DNA of 64,000 nt from Cenococcum geophilum (taxonomy: Eukaryota), in assembly GCA_050273025.1 (NCBI GenBank), contig CP158635.1:26722001-26786000 (forward strand). The letters are read 5' to 3'. Under the pieces are notes generated by a model. The model saw nothing but the letters and a program-made list of their open reading frames with translations. It searched no databases and was not told where the DNA came from. Shown here piece by piece: positions 36,640 to 49,386 of this stretch. The position numbers were made by a program, and so were the translations under genes. Numbering within the stretch: the first letter of the stretch is position 1; each line of letters starts with the position of its first letter.

Positions 36640-37274
36640 GAGAAGGATGAGCAGAAGGGTACGGAGAGGGTGAAGGAGCATCCCGAGATGCCGGACGTGG
36701 TTATCGGCATGCAAGACGAGAGGGCCCGGAAGGGGACTTGAGTGGCTATTTCCTCATCTCCTCATCTCACCTTCTCACCTTCTCCTCTGCCGCATTGCCG
36801 CCTAAGCCTTTGCTGCGCTCCCTACAAAATCATCAGCCCCGACTCTAGCCAAAAAAAGAATCCACGAGTGCTTGACGCCGCACATGCATAATAGGAGTAG
36901 AAATAAGAGTAGGAGTAGGAGCAGGAGCAGGGAAAGTGATTTACGAGGTAAATTGGAACGTAAGACTGACAAGAGCAAACGGAGGACGGCACCTCAGAAA
37001 CCTACACTTTCCCCTAGTGCACGCTGGCGTTGTACACGTCCCCTTTCGGGTCCTTGCGCGTCGCCTGCTGGCCGTCCGGGTACCGGTCCGTCTTGACACC
37101 GTCGGTGCTGAGGCCCGGCTTTGCGGGACGCGCTGCGCTAACGCTAAAGCCGCGCGATGACAGCGGCGCCATGGTGGGCCGGGCGGCGCTGCTGAGGCTG
37201 CTGGCGCGGATCGAGGGGTGCGTTGCGAGGCGGCGGTAGAAGGTTAGGAATTCGGAGGGCGAGGGCGTCGTCAT
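36640..37274 (-). pseudogene. Small probable mitochondrial protein gene with a premature stop and an inverted final coding segment
   Basis: Exon 1 is Arg/Ser/Ala-rich like a presequence and has TAG at 37014-37016; intron 37005-36822; exon 2 VERSKGLGGNAAEEK; its continuation DEQKGTERVKEHPEMPDVVIGMQDERARKGT* lies on the + strand at 36640-36741. Confidence 0.7.
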
Positions 37275-37716
37275 TGTGATGAGTGTGAGAGGGGCGGTGT
37301 GTTGATGTGGTGGTGGTGGCGGTGGTGGGCCTAGTAGAGAAGAGAATATTGAGGTGAGGTGTAGTGAGAATGAGGTTGGGCCGCAGAGGATTTATGGAGC
37401 GCAGGCGAGGGGCTCTCTAAATGCTTGATAGACGCACTGGCAAATCGGTTGGAGTGAAGCAGAAGAAAATCGCGCCACCACTGCGGCTTTTGTAGTTGGA
37501 TGCAGATGACCACTTCAGCTACGATGCGCGCTGCGTGATGACGCTGTGACGTTACTCTGGCGCTGCTCTGGAGCGCCTTTTATGCGGGGTAAGGGGCATG
37601 CGAGGAGCCAGGCATACTGGCTTGGCAGATTGCCGGCCGCGGACAGACCGAATCCTCATATCGCAACTGCTGTTTTCAGCTGCACCAGCAGCACCCACTT
37701 TGCTGGCCTGACTACT

Positions 37717-38155
37717 ATGGCTGCTCCAGCTGACCCGGACTTCCCGTGCACGCTGTCTGTCTCCTGCAGCATGTTGCTCATTGTTTGAAGCTAACGATAC
37801 CTACAGGACCCTCAACATCCCATTCCCTACCCCCCACCTGGCCCACACTGCCCTGCGCGCGCTCGCTGTGGATCAGGAGCTCTCGCCTCTGGTCCGTCGC
37901 TCTTTTACTCTCGCGAGCCCGGGTGCCTCTGCAGCGAATGGTGCTGGTGGAGAGACGGCGTCGGAGTCTAAGAGCGTCTTGCGGGTTTTCTACGCCGCGA
38001 CTACGAATCGCATGCTGCGTGTCGCCGTGAACGGCTTCTTTGAGAGCGTGGGTGTTGTGCTAGGGGTGGTGGAAGAGCTAGATGTGGATGTACTGGGGTT
38101 GCCTGGGAAAGAGGGATTGGAAGGCGTGCAGGGTGTTGAGAAGATTCCTGGATGA
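37717..38155 (+). CDS. PCC1: KEOPS/EKC complex subunit Pcc1
   Basis: Intron 37755-37806; LTLNIPFPTPHLAHTALRALAVDQELSPLVRRSF...YAATTNRMLRVAVNGFFES. Confidence 0.88.
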
Positions 38156-38891
38156 AAAGATCAAATTTTTGTCTCAGGATCTGAAATAAAGGTCTAATAT
38201 CCATACTGTCCGAAGGCAGCACTGATTGACCCTAGTCTGTGAGAGATAAGGCAGTCAAGAAGCGGAAACTGGGAAAGTTGGTACAGCTGATGGGTACATG
38301 GCTAATGAGAGAGGAGTCGAAAGGCTGTTAGAGTGCTAAATCAAAAGCATGATGCAAGAGATTGATTTAGCAGAAGCCTCGCTCTTCAGTTATAAGATGC
38401 CAACATACTCTTCAATATCCACGACAGGAATGTAAGCGGACTCAAGGGTTGCACGTGGATCTCTATCTCTCAACGAAATGATTGCTTTGAAAGTACTTTC
38501 TGAGTGACTTCGTGCTCTTATTTCACCGTTGTATTACAGTATCAAATTTAATGGAGGGATATCTAGGTTTCATTGCATCGTGTATTGTGGTGGGTCTGCG
38601 CGAGAACCGAATTTCTGGACTTTTGGGGTATACATGCTTGCGTACATGAAATCTAAGATACCAGAATGCCTATCTACCAGCCGGCAAATAGGCATATTTG
38701 AAACAAACAAGATACTGGAGGACGCCACGTACGATCCCTGCACAAAGTAACACAGTATCAATCCACGCTATGCCATCCATAACACATTAAGGAAGCAAAC
38801 AAAGTCCTGTATCACGTAAAAGAACTTCCGAAATATAGAATCATCCGTCATAACCATTTACGTGTGCATCATAACTCCCGGAACAAGCCTC

Positions 38892-41099
38892 TCAACTATT
38901 ACGCTTCTTCTTCGTCTTCTTGGGCTGGCTGCTGGGTGGCTCGACCTTGAACTCATCACTGTCCAAGTCAAGGTGACCGCGCAGGATGCTATTGGAAAGG
39001 AGATCTTTATGGAAACATTTCCTTCCATACTCGTGCAGAGTGGCGGCGTCAAGATCTCCGTTTTGAAGCGCAAGCATAATGTAATCGGCATCTTTAACAT
39101 CTCTTGCGGGCTTTGAAATCACCTTCTCCACCCCAACAGTCTTGGCGATCTCTTCAATCTCCTTAAACCCGCCCTTGCCGTAATCTTTCCTCAATGCCGG
39201 TGTTATGTATAGAGTCTTCCCCTCTAAAAGATTACGCTGAGGTTTGCCTACGATGGCCGACATGGAAAAGCCCCATTCCTTCTCTCGGCCTGGGTCGTGA
39301 GGGATGAATGCGTCAGTATTCAGGAGGCGTTCCGCTTTCGAGCTTGCGAAAAACCATTCATCCGTTACGATGCGCATTCCTAATGCAATGCTCAGAAGTA
39401 ATTTGCCTGTCTTCCTCAAACCATTCTTCCCCACACTACCCCGGGAAAGTCAATGAGAGTCGCTCTGAGAGAGTTGTGAGAGAATATAACTTACCATAGG
39501 ACGTTGGAGTCTGTCTCGGAAACCTTGTCTACAACAGACCCGCCATGTTTATGCAGAAACTTAAGCAGCTGAGTTTTATCTGAGACTGTGCTATTGCTGA
39601 ACACGACTCGTGGAGGCTCTTCGTGGTTGTACAGATCCTTCTCCGCAATTGACTTCTGTGACGCTTGCGGCACGGCAGGAGTCGGTATTTCTGCAGTATC
39701 CGAAAGCGATTGTCTCCGAACCTTCGAGTTTGAGTCTTGAAGGCGAGTATCAACTACCATCTCCTCTAACCGACTATCCTGAGAACGATCATTTGTCGTT
39801 TTCGTCCTTTTAATCAGGCGCCTAGTATATAAGAGCCCACGGACTTCTTCATCAGAGTCCAACATGATGCTTGGACTGGGACTTGGTCTTTTCTTTGCTG
39901 ATTTGTTTGGAGATGGGATATGCACTCCCTCAAGTACACGCCGGCCTCGTCGTGGTATTTCTTCGGGCTCGTCTTCATCTTCCGTACTATCTTCAGCACC
40001 GCCAGCCACATCGGACAATCCGACGATCGGAGTAAAATCAGAAGTTGGATTGAAAGAAGGATCTGCTGATGTAGGGATATCATCATCCTCTGGACTCTCG
40101 GGCATCTCTTGTGAAGCTGTTGAGTGGCTCTGGTGTTCCTCTGCGGGGCCAGTCTCTTCAATAGCACCGTTATCACTTGCCGTAGGTTTCTGTTGAGACA
40201 CGCCAGCTGAGGCGGTAGAACACCTTTGTGCCTCATTATCGGAACTTTGTGAGCGACTCGTTAAGGGTTCAATAGAAGGAAGAGAATGCTTCGGATCAGC
40301 ACTTCCATCCAGAAGTTGTGGTCCTTCTGCCTGTTCATTGTAGCGTAGAAAAATCACGGAGTAATCACCAGTGACTTCACTTTCTTGTCGCGATGCCGTA
40401 AAGGATGAAGTCTCTACAAATCTGAATTGCTTATGTTTTGAGGCTGGCGTTTCTTCCACAACCTCAGATCGAGACACAGACAGAATTGGAGTAGATCTTG
40501 GAAGCGGCAGAGCATGCTGTGGATTAGAATGCACAATGATTACTTCTTCATTCTTGGAGAAACTTTGTTCTTGGCTCAATTTATTTGACGCCAGTAATTG
40601 CGGGTCAAGATCCTGGAGCTCTGATGCTTCTGCGGGTACGGAGGAGTTCACCTGGATTTCATCAAAGTCCAGCATTAGAGCCAACCTAGATTCAACCGAG
40701 GGGAAATACACCACGTCATCTTCTCTTAGGAAAATTATTTCAGAACGACTGTTTATAGAGTGGCGTTTCAACTGATATGCCTCAGACACAGGAGGTGTTT
40801 GCTGATGCTGACGTGTTATAACTGGGGAGATAATGACATCGTTTGCGATGGCTTCCAGTTTGACTCCCCAAGGGCCAACATCTATTTACCATCAGCACAC
40901 AATTAAGCCAAATGCTAACGGATATAATCTTACATATACGTGCCAAAGCATCAGCCCTCCATGTCCCATCGGAAGGGACCACTTCAAGCGCACCATCCTG
41001 GCCTTTCAGAATATCGCTCTGGGAGTCCCTGGCAAGGTTGTGGAAAGCGATGTGTTCGCCAGATTTCAAGTGCTCTCTCAGTCTCAGTTTCGGCCCCAT
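38892..41099 (-). CDS. C-terminal tandem-BRCT protein (MDC1/Mdb1-like DNA-damage mediator), 3 exons
   Basis: Introns at about 40933-40882 and 39493-39437 join three ORFs; long Ser/acidic linker; RVVFSNS...GGSVV...LRKTGKLLLSIALGMRIVTDEWF and a second BRCT (LLEGKTLYITP). Confidence 0.75.
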
Positions 41100-41232
41100 G
41101 TTGATGTTGGTATCATTGGCAGAAACAGCGGTCAGAGAACAGAGCCAAGATATAATGCAACCGAATTGCTGTGCATGTATGATTCCGGACTACAAGGAGT
41201 GAAATGAAGTGCGAAAACCTTCCTTGGGGTAA

Positions 41233-41262
41233 TCGCGAAGACGCGAAGTCACGTTGGCGCGA
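41233..41262. promoter_or_regulatory. Cluster of MCB/SCB-like CGCG boxes upstream of the BRCT gene
   Basis: TCGCGAA at 41233, ACGCGAA at 41241 and GCGCGA at 41257, about 140 bp upstream of the ATG. Confidence 0.5.
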
Positions 41263-42201
41263 TGCCAAGCCGCTAAATTTTGACATGTGCCTCGACATCA
41301 GCCCTAGGCTAAACCTCTGGCTAAACCTCTAGCTAAACCTCCGGCAACCCATCACGGTATTTTTGAGCGTCAACCTCAAAGTCAAGACCTTACCCAGCCA
41401 GGCATTTAATTTCCACCGGGTCAGCCGGTGCGTTGCTTCTACCTAGTCTAGCCAATAGTAGGGTAGTTCTGGTGAATCTAAGACAATGGCCGCCGAAGAA
41501 CAATACTAAGGGACTCCCGTCAAGCGCTTCAAAAATCCCACCACTAGGCCGGATCTGAGAGGTAAACTGAATAAGTCCCCTTTCATCAGTATTCGGGGGG
41601 GAGTGTTCTGCTATGAGATGTTGCGAACGCTGTTATTTCCCAATGTGTCCAGCAATTGAGCCGGCTCTACCAAGTCCCGCCGTCTAAAACTAGCCGAATC
41701 TTCATGTTAGACTGTATAGTCTGCAGCTTTGACATGTTTGGTGAAGCACTTGAAACCTGGGCTACGGCTACACGTTATGGCTTTTGGCCGAAGAAAAAGG
41801 GTTCTCTCCTTAGCATTGTTCTCTTAGGGCAACTCGTTCCGAAGCCATAATGCTACTCCTCGATTTCACTTAAGGATATTGTACTCAATGCCAGGAATAT
41901 TGCGCCCCTACCCATTGTTCTATTTCTTTATTACGTTCTTCATCGCCTTGGTCCTTTCTTCCATCAATTTCGGCTTCATCCTTGATCTTTACAACCTTTA
42001 CCTGTTGTGGACTGTTAAACAGCGTCTCCTCTGTCACACCTCTCTCTGTTGAGTCTCTGCAGAGGTTTTCACGGCTTCGAGGAGTCGTATAGTTTCTTGG
42101 AGACATCCTCTAGCTCTGCATAACGATACCGATTTCGAGGGCCCTGGTCGGAGATTTGAGTAGCATCATCTACTCGAAGCAGACCGAATTCTCTACTCAT
42201 C

Positions 42202-43398
42202 ATGTCAGCTAGCAACCCGACTGCTACCCTTCCGGCCAGTTTTGATCCTTTTGCTCAAACAATCACTCTTCTTCTCCAGGATGGAACTCCCTTCAATATC
42301 TCCATGTACGACCTGGACGTCTACCGGTCGTATGGCATCAGAATCTGTATCAACTACAGCTCACAGATCGGAGCTTCATTCATGCTTCTTGTGATTCTCT
42401 TAACTCTTTCGAAGCGAGAGAAACGACGATCTCCAATCTTCTTCCTCAATGGGCTTTCCTTGGCTGTGAACACCATACGTTCTCTGCTCCAATGTCTGTA
42501 CTTCACGGGGCCATTCTACTACCCGTATGCGTACTTCTCAGGAGACTACTCCAGGGTTCCGCAGTCTCAAATTGGCATTTCCATTGCGGCTGACACGCTT
42601 ACACTCATTCTGGTCATCCTCATCGAGATTTCTCTGATTCTTCAGGTTCGAGTGGTATGCGCCACAACAAGGGAGACTCAGCGCTTCTGGATTATGGTGA
42701 CATCTGTAACCGTAGCCATGGTTGCGATTGGATTTCGCTTTGCGTTGGTCGTCATCAATAGTGAAGCCATCCGAAACATTGAGAACTTCGGGTCCTGGCT
42801 TTGGCTGGTCACTGCCACCACCATCACACAAGCAATCAGCATCTGGTTCTTCTCTCTCGTTTTCCTTATTAAGCTCGGCTATGCCTTGGTTCTGCGCCGC
42901 AGATTGGGACTGCGCCAATTCGGACCCATGCAAATCATATTCATAATGGGGTGCCAGACCATGGTGATACCAGGTTAGTCACAGTCCACCCTCAACACAT
43001 TCAGCTGAATTCTAATATCCTCCCTAGCTCTCTTCACTATCCTCCAATACATCGGTTCCGTCCCAGAACTCGTAACTCAAGTCCTGACCATGGTTGCCAT
43101 CTTCCTCCCTCTCTCAGCCATGTGGGCCGGCACCTCTGTCGACGATCATCATACTACTGCTCGTGGACCGGATGCCCATCACAAGCTCCTCGGCACGTTC
43201 AGTTCTGGAGGTAGCAAGGGATCAAGAAGCTTCAAGTCAGGACGCAAGCCCTCAACCACCGGCACCTCAACTCAAGTATCTCACTCTCCCTTCCCCAGCC
43301 CGCTCTGTGCCCGCACAGACTCGGAGGTGGGCGAACACGACAAAGATATCCATGTCGGGAAGTCGTTTGGCGTTAGTGGTGCTGCAGAGCATGTATGA
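42202..43398 (+). CDS. STE2: Alpha-factor pheromone receptor (Ste2/Pre-2 GPCR), 2 exons
   Basis: FDPFAQTITLLLQDGTPF, QIGAS, KLGYALVLRRRLGLRQFGPMQIIFIMGCQTM and LPLSAMWA; seven hydrophobic segments; intron at about 42974-43027. Confidence 0.95.
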
Positions 43399-44071
43399 TT
43401 GGTCGCAATTAGGAGGCACCGGAGATATGGCCATGGCAGCGAGTGTGGTGCAAATTGATGTAGATTGAAAACCTGATGCTTGCGGTCCCTAAGCAGAACT
43501 TCTAAAATCATTCTTCTGATGTTGGGAGACTCTGCGGTGTGGTCTTTCTTCACTTCAAACTATTTATTTACTTTCTTGGGCAGTATGCCTTTTTATACTA
43601 GCTGAGTAGCTGAAGGGTATTTTAATGGAAGTTGCAAGATTCTGATATGACCATCCAAGATGTTCTACCATCACATACACTTTTAATGATTCATATAGTA
43701 GTGTCTGCGCATCCCTGACGGCTTCATCGGGGCATAGAGTTACATATGCTGGTCATCGGAATGACGCCTTCGCTGATTAATTCCCTCGATCACATAACAT
43801 ATCCAAACCTCGAACTGCCTCAAACGATCCCTCCATCTGTTCCGCAAACTTCAAGTCATCCAAAATGCGTTTTACAAGAGGGCGAAAACCATCCTTTCAT
43901 TGTAGATAGCTGCCAAGAGACAAGCCAGATCTCTCCTTCGTTGCTTCTAAAAAATGTACAATTCAATCTCAGCGGTATATACGTTGCAAAGCAGCCCAAG
44001 TGAGTATATAACCTCTCCCTCGCTAACGCCAATGCATGCACCAACCAATATGAAACCTCCAGATCACACCC

Positions 44072-45061
44072 CTACTCCTCCCTCAACTCCGCAACAGCAA
44101 AATACCCCTTACTCTCCACAACCCCCCTATCCTTCACCACCGCCGTATACTTGACAACCCACTGCGGCTCCACACTGCCCTTCAGCCCATCCGGCGCCGC
44201 GGGCCCCGCCAGCACACCGGCTCCCTTCTCCCCGGGCCCCAGCAGCTCACGCAGCGTGCCGCGCGGCAGGACGTTGGTGCAGTCGTTGTGCGTCAGCAGC
44301 TCGACGCCCTGCTCCTTGGCGTATAGGATCAGCGGCTTGGGCACGACGCAGCAGTCGCGGATGTTGATCTGGTCGACGGCGGGCCGCACGCGCGTGCGCG
44401 GCAGGAACCTGGAGAGCCGCTGGGCGCCGAACTCCGCGACGCCGAGCTTCGCGATCACGCCCTCCGCGTGCAGCGCCTCCAGCGCGCGCCACGTCTGCAG
44501 CGTCGTCTCCATGTCCTCGGGGGGTGGTGAGGAGGCGGAGGGGGAGGCGGCCTCGGCCTCGGAGTCGGAGTCGTCGGCGTCGAAGCTGATGCCGGGGAAG
44601 GAGACGATGAGGAGGTCGACGGAGCGGACGTGCAGGGAGCGCAGGACCAGGTCGATGGCGTCGCGCGTGTGGGCGCAGCGGGCGGAGGCTGGGATGCTAG
44701 GCAGGTAGAACAGCTTCACGGTGATGTCGTACTGGGCGCGCTCTTCGGCGAGGGCGGACGCCGAGACGTCCAGCGCGGGGATGTAGAGCGTGGAGTCTTG
44801 CTGCGCGGTCCAGGCGTGCAGCGGCTTGCGGGTGGGAGCGGTGGGCGCGCCGTTGGGGAGGTTCGTCGGGGAGGGTGCGAGCTGGTGCGCTGAGAAGTTT
44901 GCACGGAGGGAGGATGTCAGTTCCGTGTTGGACTTCTCGCTGGTGGGACGCCGGATTACGGATGGCCCGCCGCCCATGATGTTTCTGGGGGTTTGGTGTC
45001 AGTAGGACTGGGAAAAATGGAGGAGGTTGTGGACTTACGAGGTGGAGAGAATTAGCTTCAT
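44072..45061 (-). CDS. Glutamate-cysteine ligase regulatory (modifier) subunit, aldo-keto-reductase-like fold
   Basis: MKLILSTS|NIMGGG (intron about 45038-44985); YDITVKLF, VDLLIVSFP, KLGVAEF, DQINIRDCCVVP, LLTHNDC and WVVKYTAVVKDRGVVESKGY match GCLM-type motifs. Confidence 0.85.
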
Positions 45062-45491
45062 GGCACTGGAGATACTGTTATACTGCTCGAGAGGCTGTTG
45101 CTAGGCTCAATTTGGTGATTCCCTCATCTACCAATAAGCTCGCTCAAGTGGTTCCAATTACTTGAGTTTAACGGCGGAGGAAGCGGTATTCTAAAATAGG
45201 AATAGAAGTTGTTCACCTCAGACGTTCAGGTCAAAAGGCGTGGCAGAGAACGGCAAGCTTTTTAGTTTATAGGATTGAGGAGAGTGCTTATGGTGTTTCT
45301 AGGGGTTACACTACGCTACACAGGTTAATATTTGTAAGAAATGCCTTCAGCCTCATAAGAGAAGATCACTATGGCTGTGGTGGGGCGGTTGGATTCTCTG
45401 ATGGCGGGGGTCAACGCACTTCACCCGAGCGGGCTCTTGGCCGCCAAATTTCCTCAAGGCCACCTACCATCGAGTCTTCTCCAAACACACC

Positions 45492-46263
45492 ATGGCCATA
45501 AAGTGAGCCCGCACTTATTTCCCGTGATTCCTCTGCCTCTGCTAATCGGTTATAGATATCTCATTCTACTCTCTAGGCAGGGCAAAGTTGTATGCTTCCC
45601 TGACATCGTCCTCGCATCATGGCTGTCAAAGCTGACTGCTTTCTAGCGCCTGGCCAAATGGTTCACTACATTATCACCAAAGGACAAGGCAAAGATCATC
45701 AAAGACGTCTCTCAGCTTGTGCTTGCCCGGAGAACTCGGATGTGCAACTTTCTAGAGTATAAAGGTGGGCAGTTCCCCTCCTCTCGGCTGGGTGCCATGA
45801 CTGATGATTACCTTCAGATACTAAGATTGTCTACCGTCGCTATGCCTCCCTCTTCTTTATCGCTGGATGTGATTCGACCGATAACGAGCTTATCACTCTA
45901 GAAATCGTCCACCGATATGTTGAACAAATGGACAAATACTATGGCAATGTTTGCGAGCTGGACATAATATTTAACTTTCAGAAAGCCTATTTCATCCTCG
46001 ATGAACTCCTCCTAGCAGGGGAAATGCAGGAAAGTAGCAAGAAGAATGTGCTGCGATGTATAAGTCAACAGGATAGTCTTGAGGACATGGAGGTATGTTA
46101 GTGTTCCAACGTAGAGGCATTCTCCTTCTCGACGCAACGTGCACTTCAACGCGAACATCTTCTTGTCATCTGTTGTTTCGGATATCAGGAGTGACTTGGC
46201 GAATACTGACGCGTGTATCACTATCGTCAGGCTGAGGATGACATTGTCACGAAGATTATGTAG
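45492..46263 (+). CDS. APS1: AP-1 adaptor complex sigma subunit, 5 exons
   Basis: Spliced product [21 protein letters not shown]...[12 protein letters not shown]...[22 protein letters not shown]...IVTKIM*. Confidence 0.93.
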
Positions 46264-47432
46264 CGGTCGAGGCGGATGGATCATTCTATAATTCTTTCCA
46301 TCCCTACCAGCAGCACTCAATGGGCCTTGCCTGGATTCCCTACGATCAGTGCTAAGAGTCTCCTGCTAACTGTATATTGTTGTCTTCGGCGTGCAGGAGG
46401 CGAATGCACTGGTAGGCAGGATGCGCGACAGCGGCGTGGTCTGATTGACCAAAACGAACGGCACACGAGGCGTATGGAGCAGGGAGCGGCATGGAACGGA
46501 GTTTTGGAGTCGCAAGAATCATACCTTGGTACAGCACTTTCTCTAGGCCCTGAAAGCCTCTTTGTGCATAATACGCTAAACCAGTCTTGCAAGATGTAAG
46601 GATTCACAGGTATCTAGAGTCTGAATGAATGAAGCTACTTTGAAGGCTTTTTTTAAAAAAAGCTTCCAGGGCTATCATGACTAGATGACAATGGAGATGA
46701 GACTCTGCCATTGGTCTTGGATACCACCCTGATAGCACAGAACAAGGCCATCTACTAACCAAGTCTCAACCAACTAACCATACATACTAACAAAAACAAA
46801 AAGATATGAGCAGTTGGCACCCAAGAGTTGGCACTCAAGAGTAGCGATAGATTACTGTCATCACCAATCGCTTGTGGGCGCCCACCCAGGTGCTGGCTAG
46901 ACAGGCCCGTCGAGCTGGACTTTTGAAAGCGCACCTTTCACATATCCGACGAACCGCCGGAACTCCATCAACCTCATCATCAAAGCTTCAAAGGGCATTG
47001 GACGACTTGCACGCTTGATTAGCATTGCAGGAGCCATGGATTCGTTTCTCCAATCACCTTCGTCATCTCAACAACGCCGGCAGTCACATGACAAAGCTTG
47101 GGAACGTCAGCTCACACCTCTCCACCTCTCTCCTAACCGGACTCCCTTCAACAACCACCATCGCAACACTGCTTCTATGCCTTCTATTTCCATCACCGTT
47201 TCCTGCTAGGCGTCCGTCTGGCTTGAACAGCATACAGAGACCAGTCCTTGCAGCCAGCCTGGAGTGATCTCTCGTGTGTTGTCTCGCTGAAGCAGGTCAA
47301 TCCGACACGTCGAAATACAGCAAGCGCAGCCAGTCCGCGCTCATAAACCGCACGTAACGCCTTCGACGGTCTGTTTATATTTCAACCCGCCCACTCTGCT
47401 GATTTGGACCCGGAACGCTTATATTCATCATC

Positions 47433-48562
47433 ATGAAGGTTCGTCTGCACCAGGATTGCTTTTCGGGATTGTGTTGCTAACAGAAGTCTGCGATGTGCAG
47501 TACCTACCCTTGCGCGATTTTGAAGATGTGACGAGCGCATTGAATTTCGACACAGCAGACTGCCACGTCATCGGCGGATGCGACCTCTACACGACGAAAG
47601 CCGCAGGCAGCGACAAGAAACTCTACAAAAATATCGAGAACTCGCTTGAATCGCAGTATGAGTCACTACTCCGACTTTCGGCTTCGCTTTCCCCTCCACA
47701 AGCGGAATCGCTCGCGGCATCTATGAACCTGTCGAGATCGAGTCCGTTTGGTCCGTTGAGCCAGATTTCAAGCCGCCGCACGTTCGCCTACCTTATCGCA
47801 ACGCTCAACGCCAGCCATCCCGACTATGACTTCTCCCACATACTCCGGCCCTCCGATTTCCGCAAAGAACGCAGCCTACGATCCGCCATGAACACTATTG
47901 ACACCACCCTATACAATTTGCGTCCAAGGCCTTCTGCGGCTCTTTTAGCGGTTCCACATAACTGGGGTAGCGGCGCGATAGCACCCGGAGCGCAAACTCC
48001 CTGTGGCAGTCAGACGTGGGGACCACGCATGTGGCAGCTTATCGATAATGAAATGAACCTGCGTGAATGCGCGATATATTGCTACGCACCGGAAGAAGAT
48101 CCCTTCGACGGCGAAGAGGGCGCGATATGGAGCCTCAACTATTTCTTTTTCAATAAATCCCGCAAGCGTGTCTGCTATCTCTACTTGCGCGGACTCAGCG
48201 CCATATCGCACAGTCCCATACACGCCACGGCTGCCGTCGCGAAACGCAAGAGTTCCCTGAGGAGTGGGCTGAGCGTGAGCATGGGGGCCCGGAAACGCGC
48301 GCGATACTGGCTTGGAGACCGTGCTGACAATGAAGACTTTGAAGGCGGCTGGGGAGAAGACGACGACGAGATAGTGATTGATGGCCCGGGTGATGACGAA
48401 GTTGACGCCGAGTCCGTGATCAGCGTGCGTGATGGAAGCGCCGGGCGGTACTCATCTGACGACAACAGCGATGTGGAGATGGAGATGGAGATGATGCGAG
48501 AGCGCGAGAAGAGCTCCGTCAGAGCCATGAGCGAGCACATCACCGAGTCCATGGAGGTTTAA
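47433..48562 (+). CDS. MAF1: RNA polymerase III repressor Maf1
   Basis: MK|YL (intron 47439-47500); GGCDLYTTKAAGSDKKLYK, FAYLIATLNASHPDYDFS, WSLNYFFFNKSRKRV; acidic tail. Confidence 0.95.
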
Positions 48563-49386
48563 AACAGTCTCCCCCAGAGACGACATTTTACGCGTTTAAT
48601 TATGTTCTGGTTTCTCCCCCGCTTTTTTTTAACAAAAAATTCCGTTCCAGGTCTTTCAACCGCCATCGATCGCCCCTTCCTTTTTCTATTATGGCAGAGT
48701 ATTGCTGCTGGGTCCTAATTCTCTTGGGCTAAAATGACATGGGCATTCCCGGCCGGTGGGAGCGGCTGCGACTCGCGTCCTAATTCGCCTTTTCTGAGAT
48801 ACCCGTTTTCTTTTATAACAGTTTGAGTGCTGCGCATGGTTTGTGTTTTGTGTAGCATATGGGCGTCGTAAATCCTAGTCGGTGGGAGCGACTGGGGTTA
48901 AGGCGTTCGGGCAAATGGGCGGAACGCTTTTATGTACATGAAATGCTGCATGGATGGGTAAATGTGTTTTTATGGCAAGACTTGAGCAAGAGAGGATACA
49001 TCAGTCACGCTCGAGTTTTGTACAAGAGCTGTAATCGTACTTTGAATTAATCTGGTATTACTGCACTTCTGTTCTTGGGGATCCAGTGAGACTTGATCTA
49101 TGGCCTCCTGGGAGTTGCAAATTCGGGAGATGTCAGTGCTCATTGCAGACGTGAACAGGTGTTATAAGAGTGAAGTACTTTTGTAACTTCCAGTATCTTT
49201 TCTACCTATCGGGTATACAAGAGCACCATGCTCACAAGCATCGAATGTCATGTTCCCCGCCACGGCTGTATAACTTTTTTCAGCCTCTTCCCAAACTGCG
49301 CCGTACACATCTATTCATGTTCATTCCACAAACATGTCCTAAATCCCCATAATCAGCCACCGCATCCCCTCCTTCCTCCCACGACT

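Noticed and set aside
34842..37300. Adjacent amyloid-motif effector gene for the NLR (het-S/nwd2-like pair)
   Set aside because: No neighbouring HeLo, gasdermin or lipase ORF or amyloid motif was seen; the NLR has its own N-terminal effector-type domain.
41307..41342. Three copies of (G/A)GCTAAACCTC(T/C)
   Set aside because: Short slippage-type tandem repeat with no further support for function.
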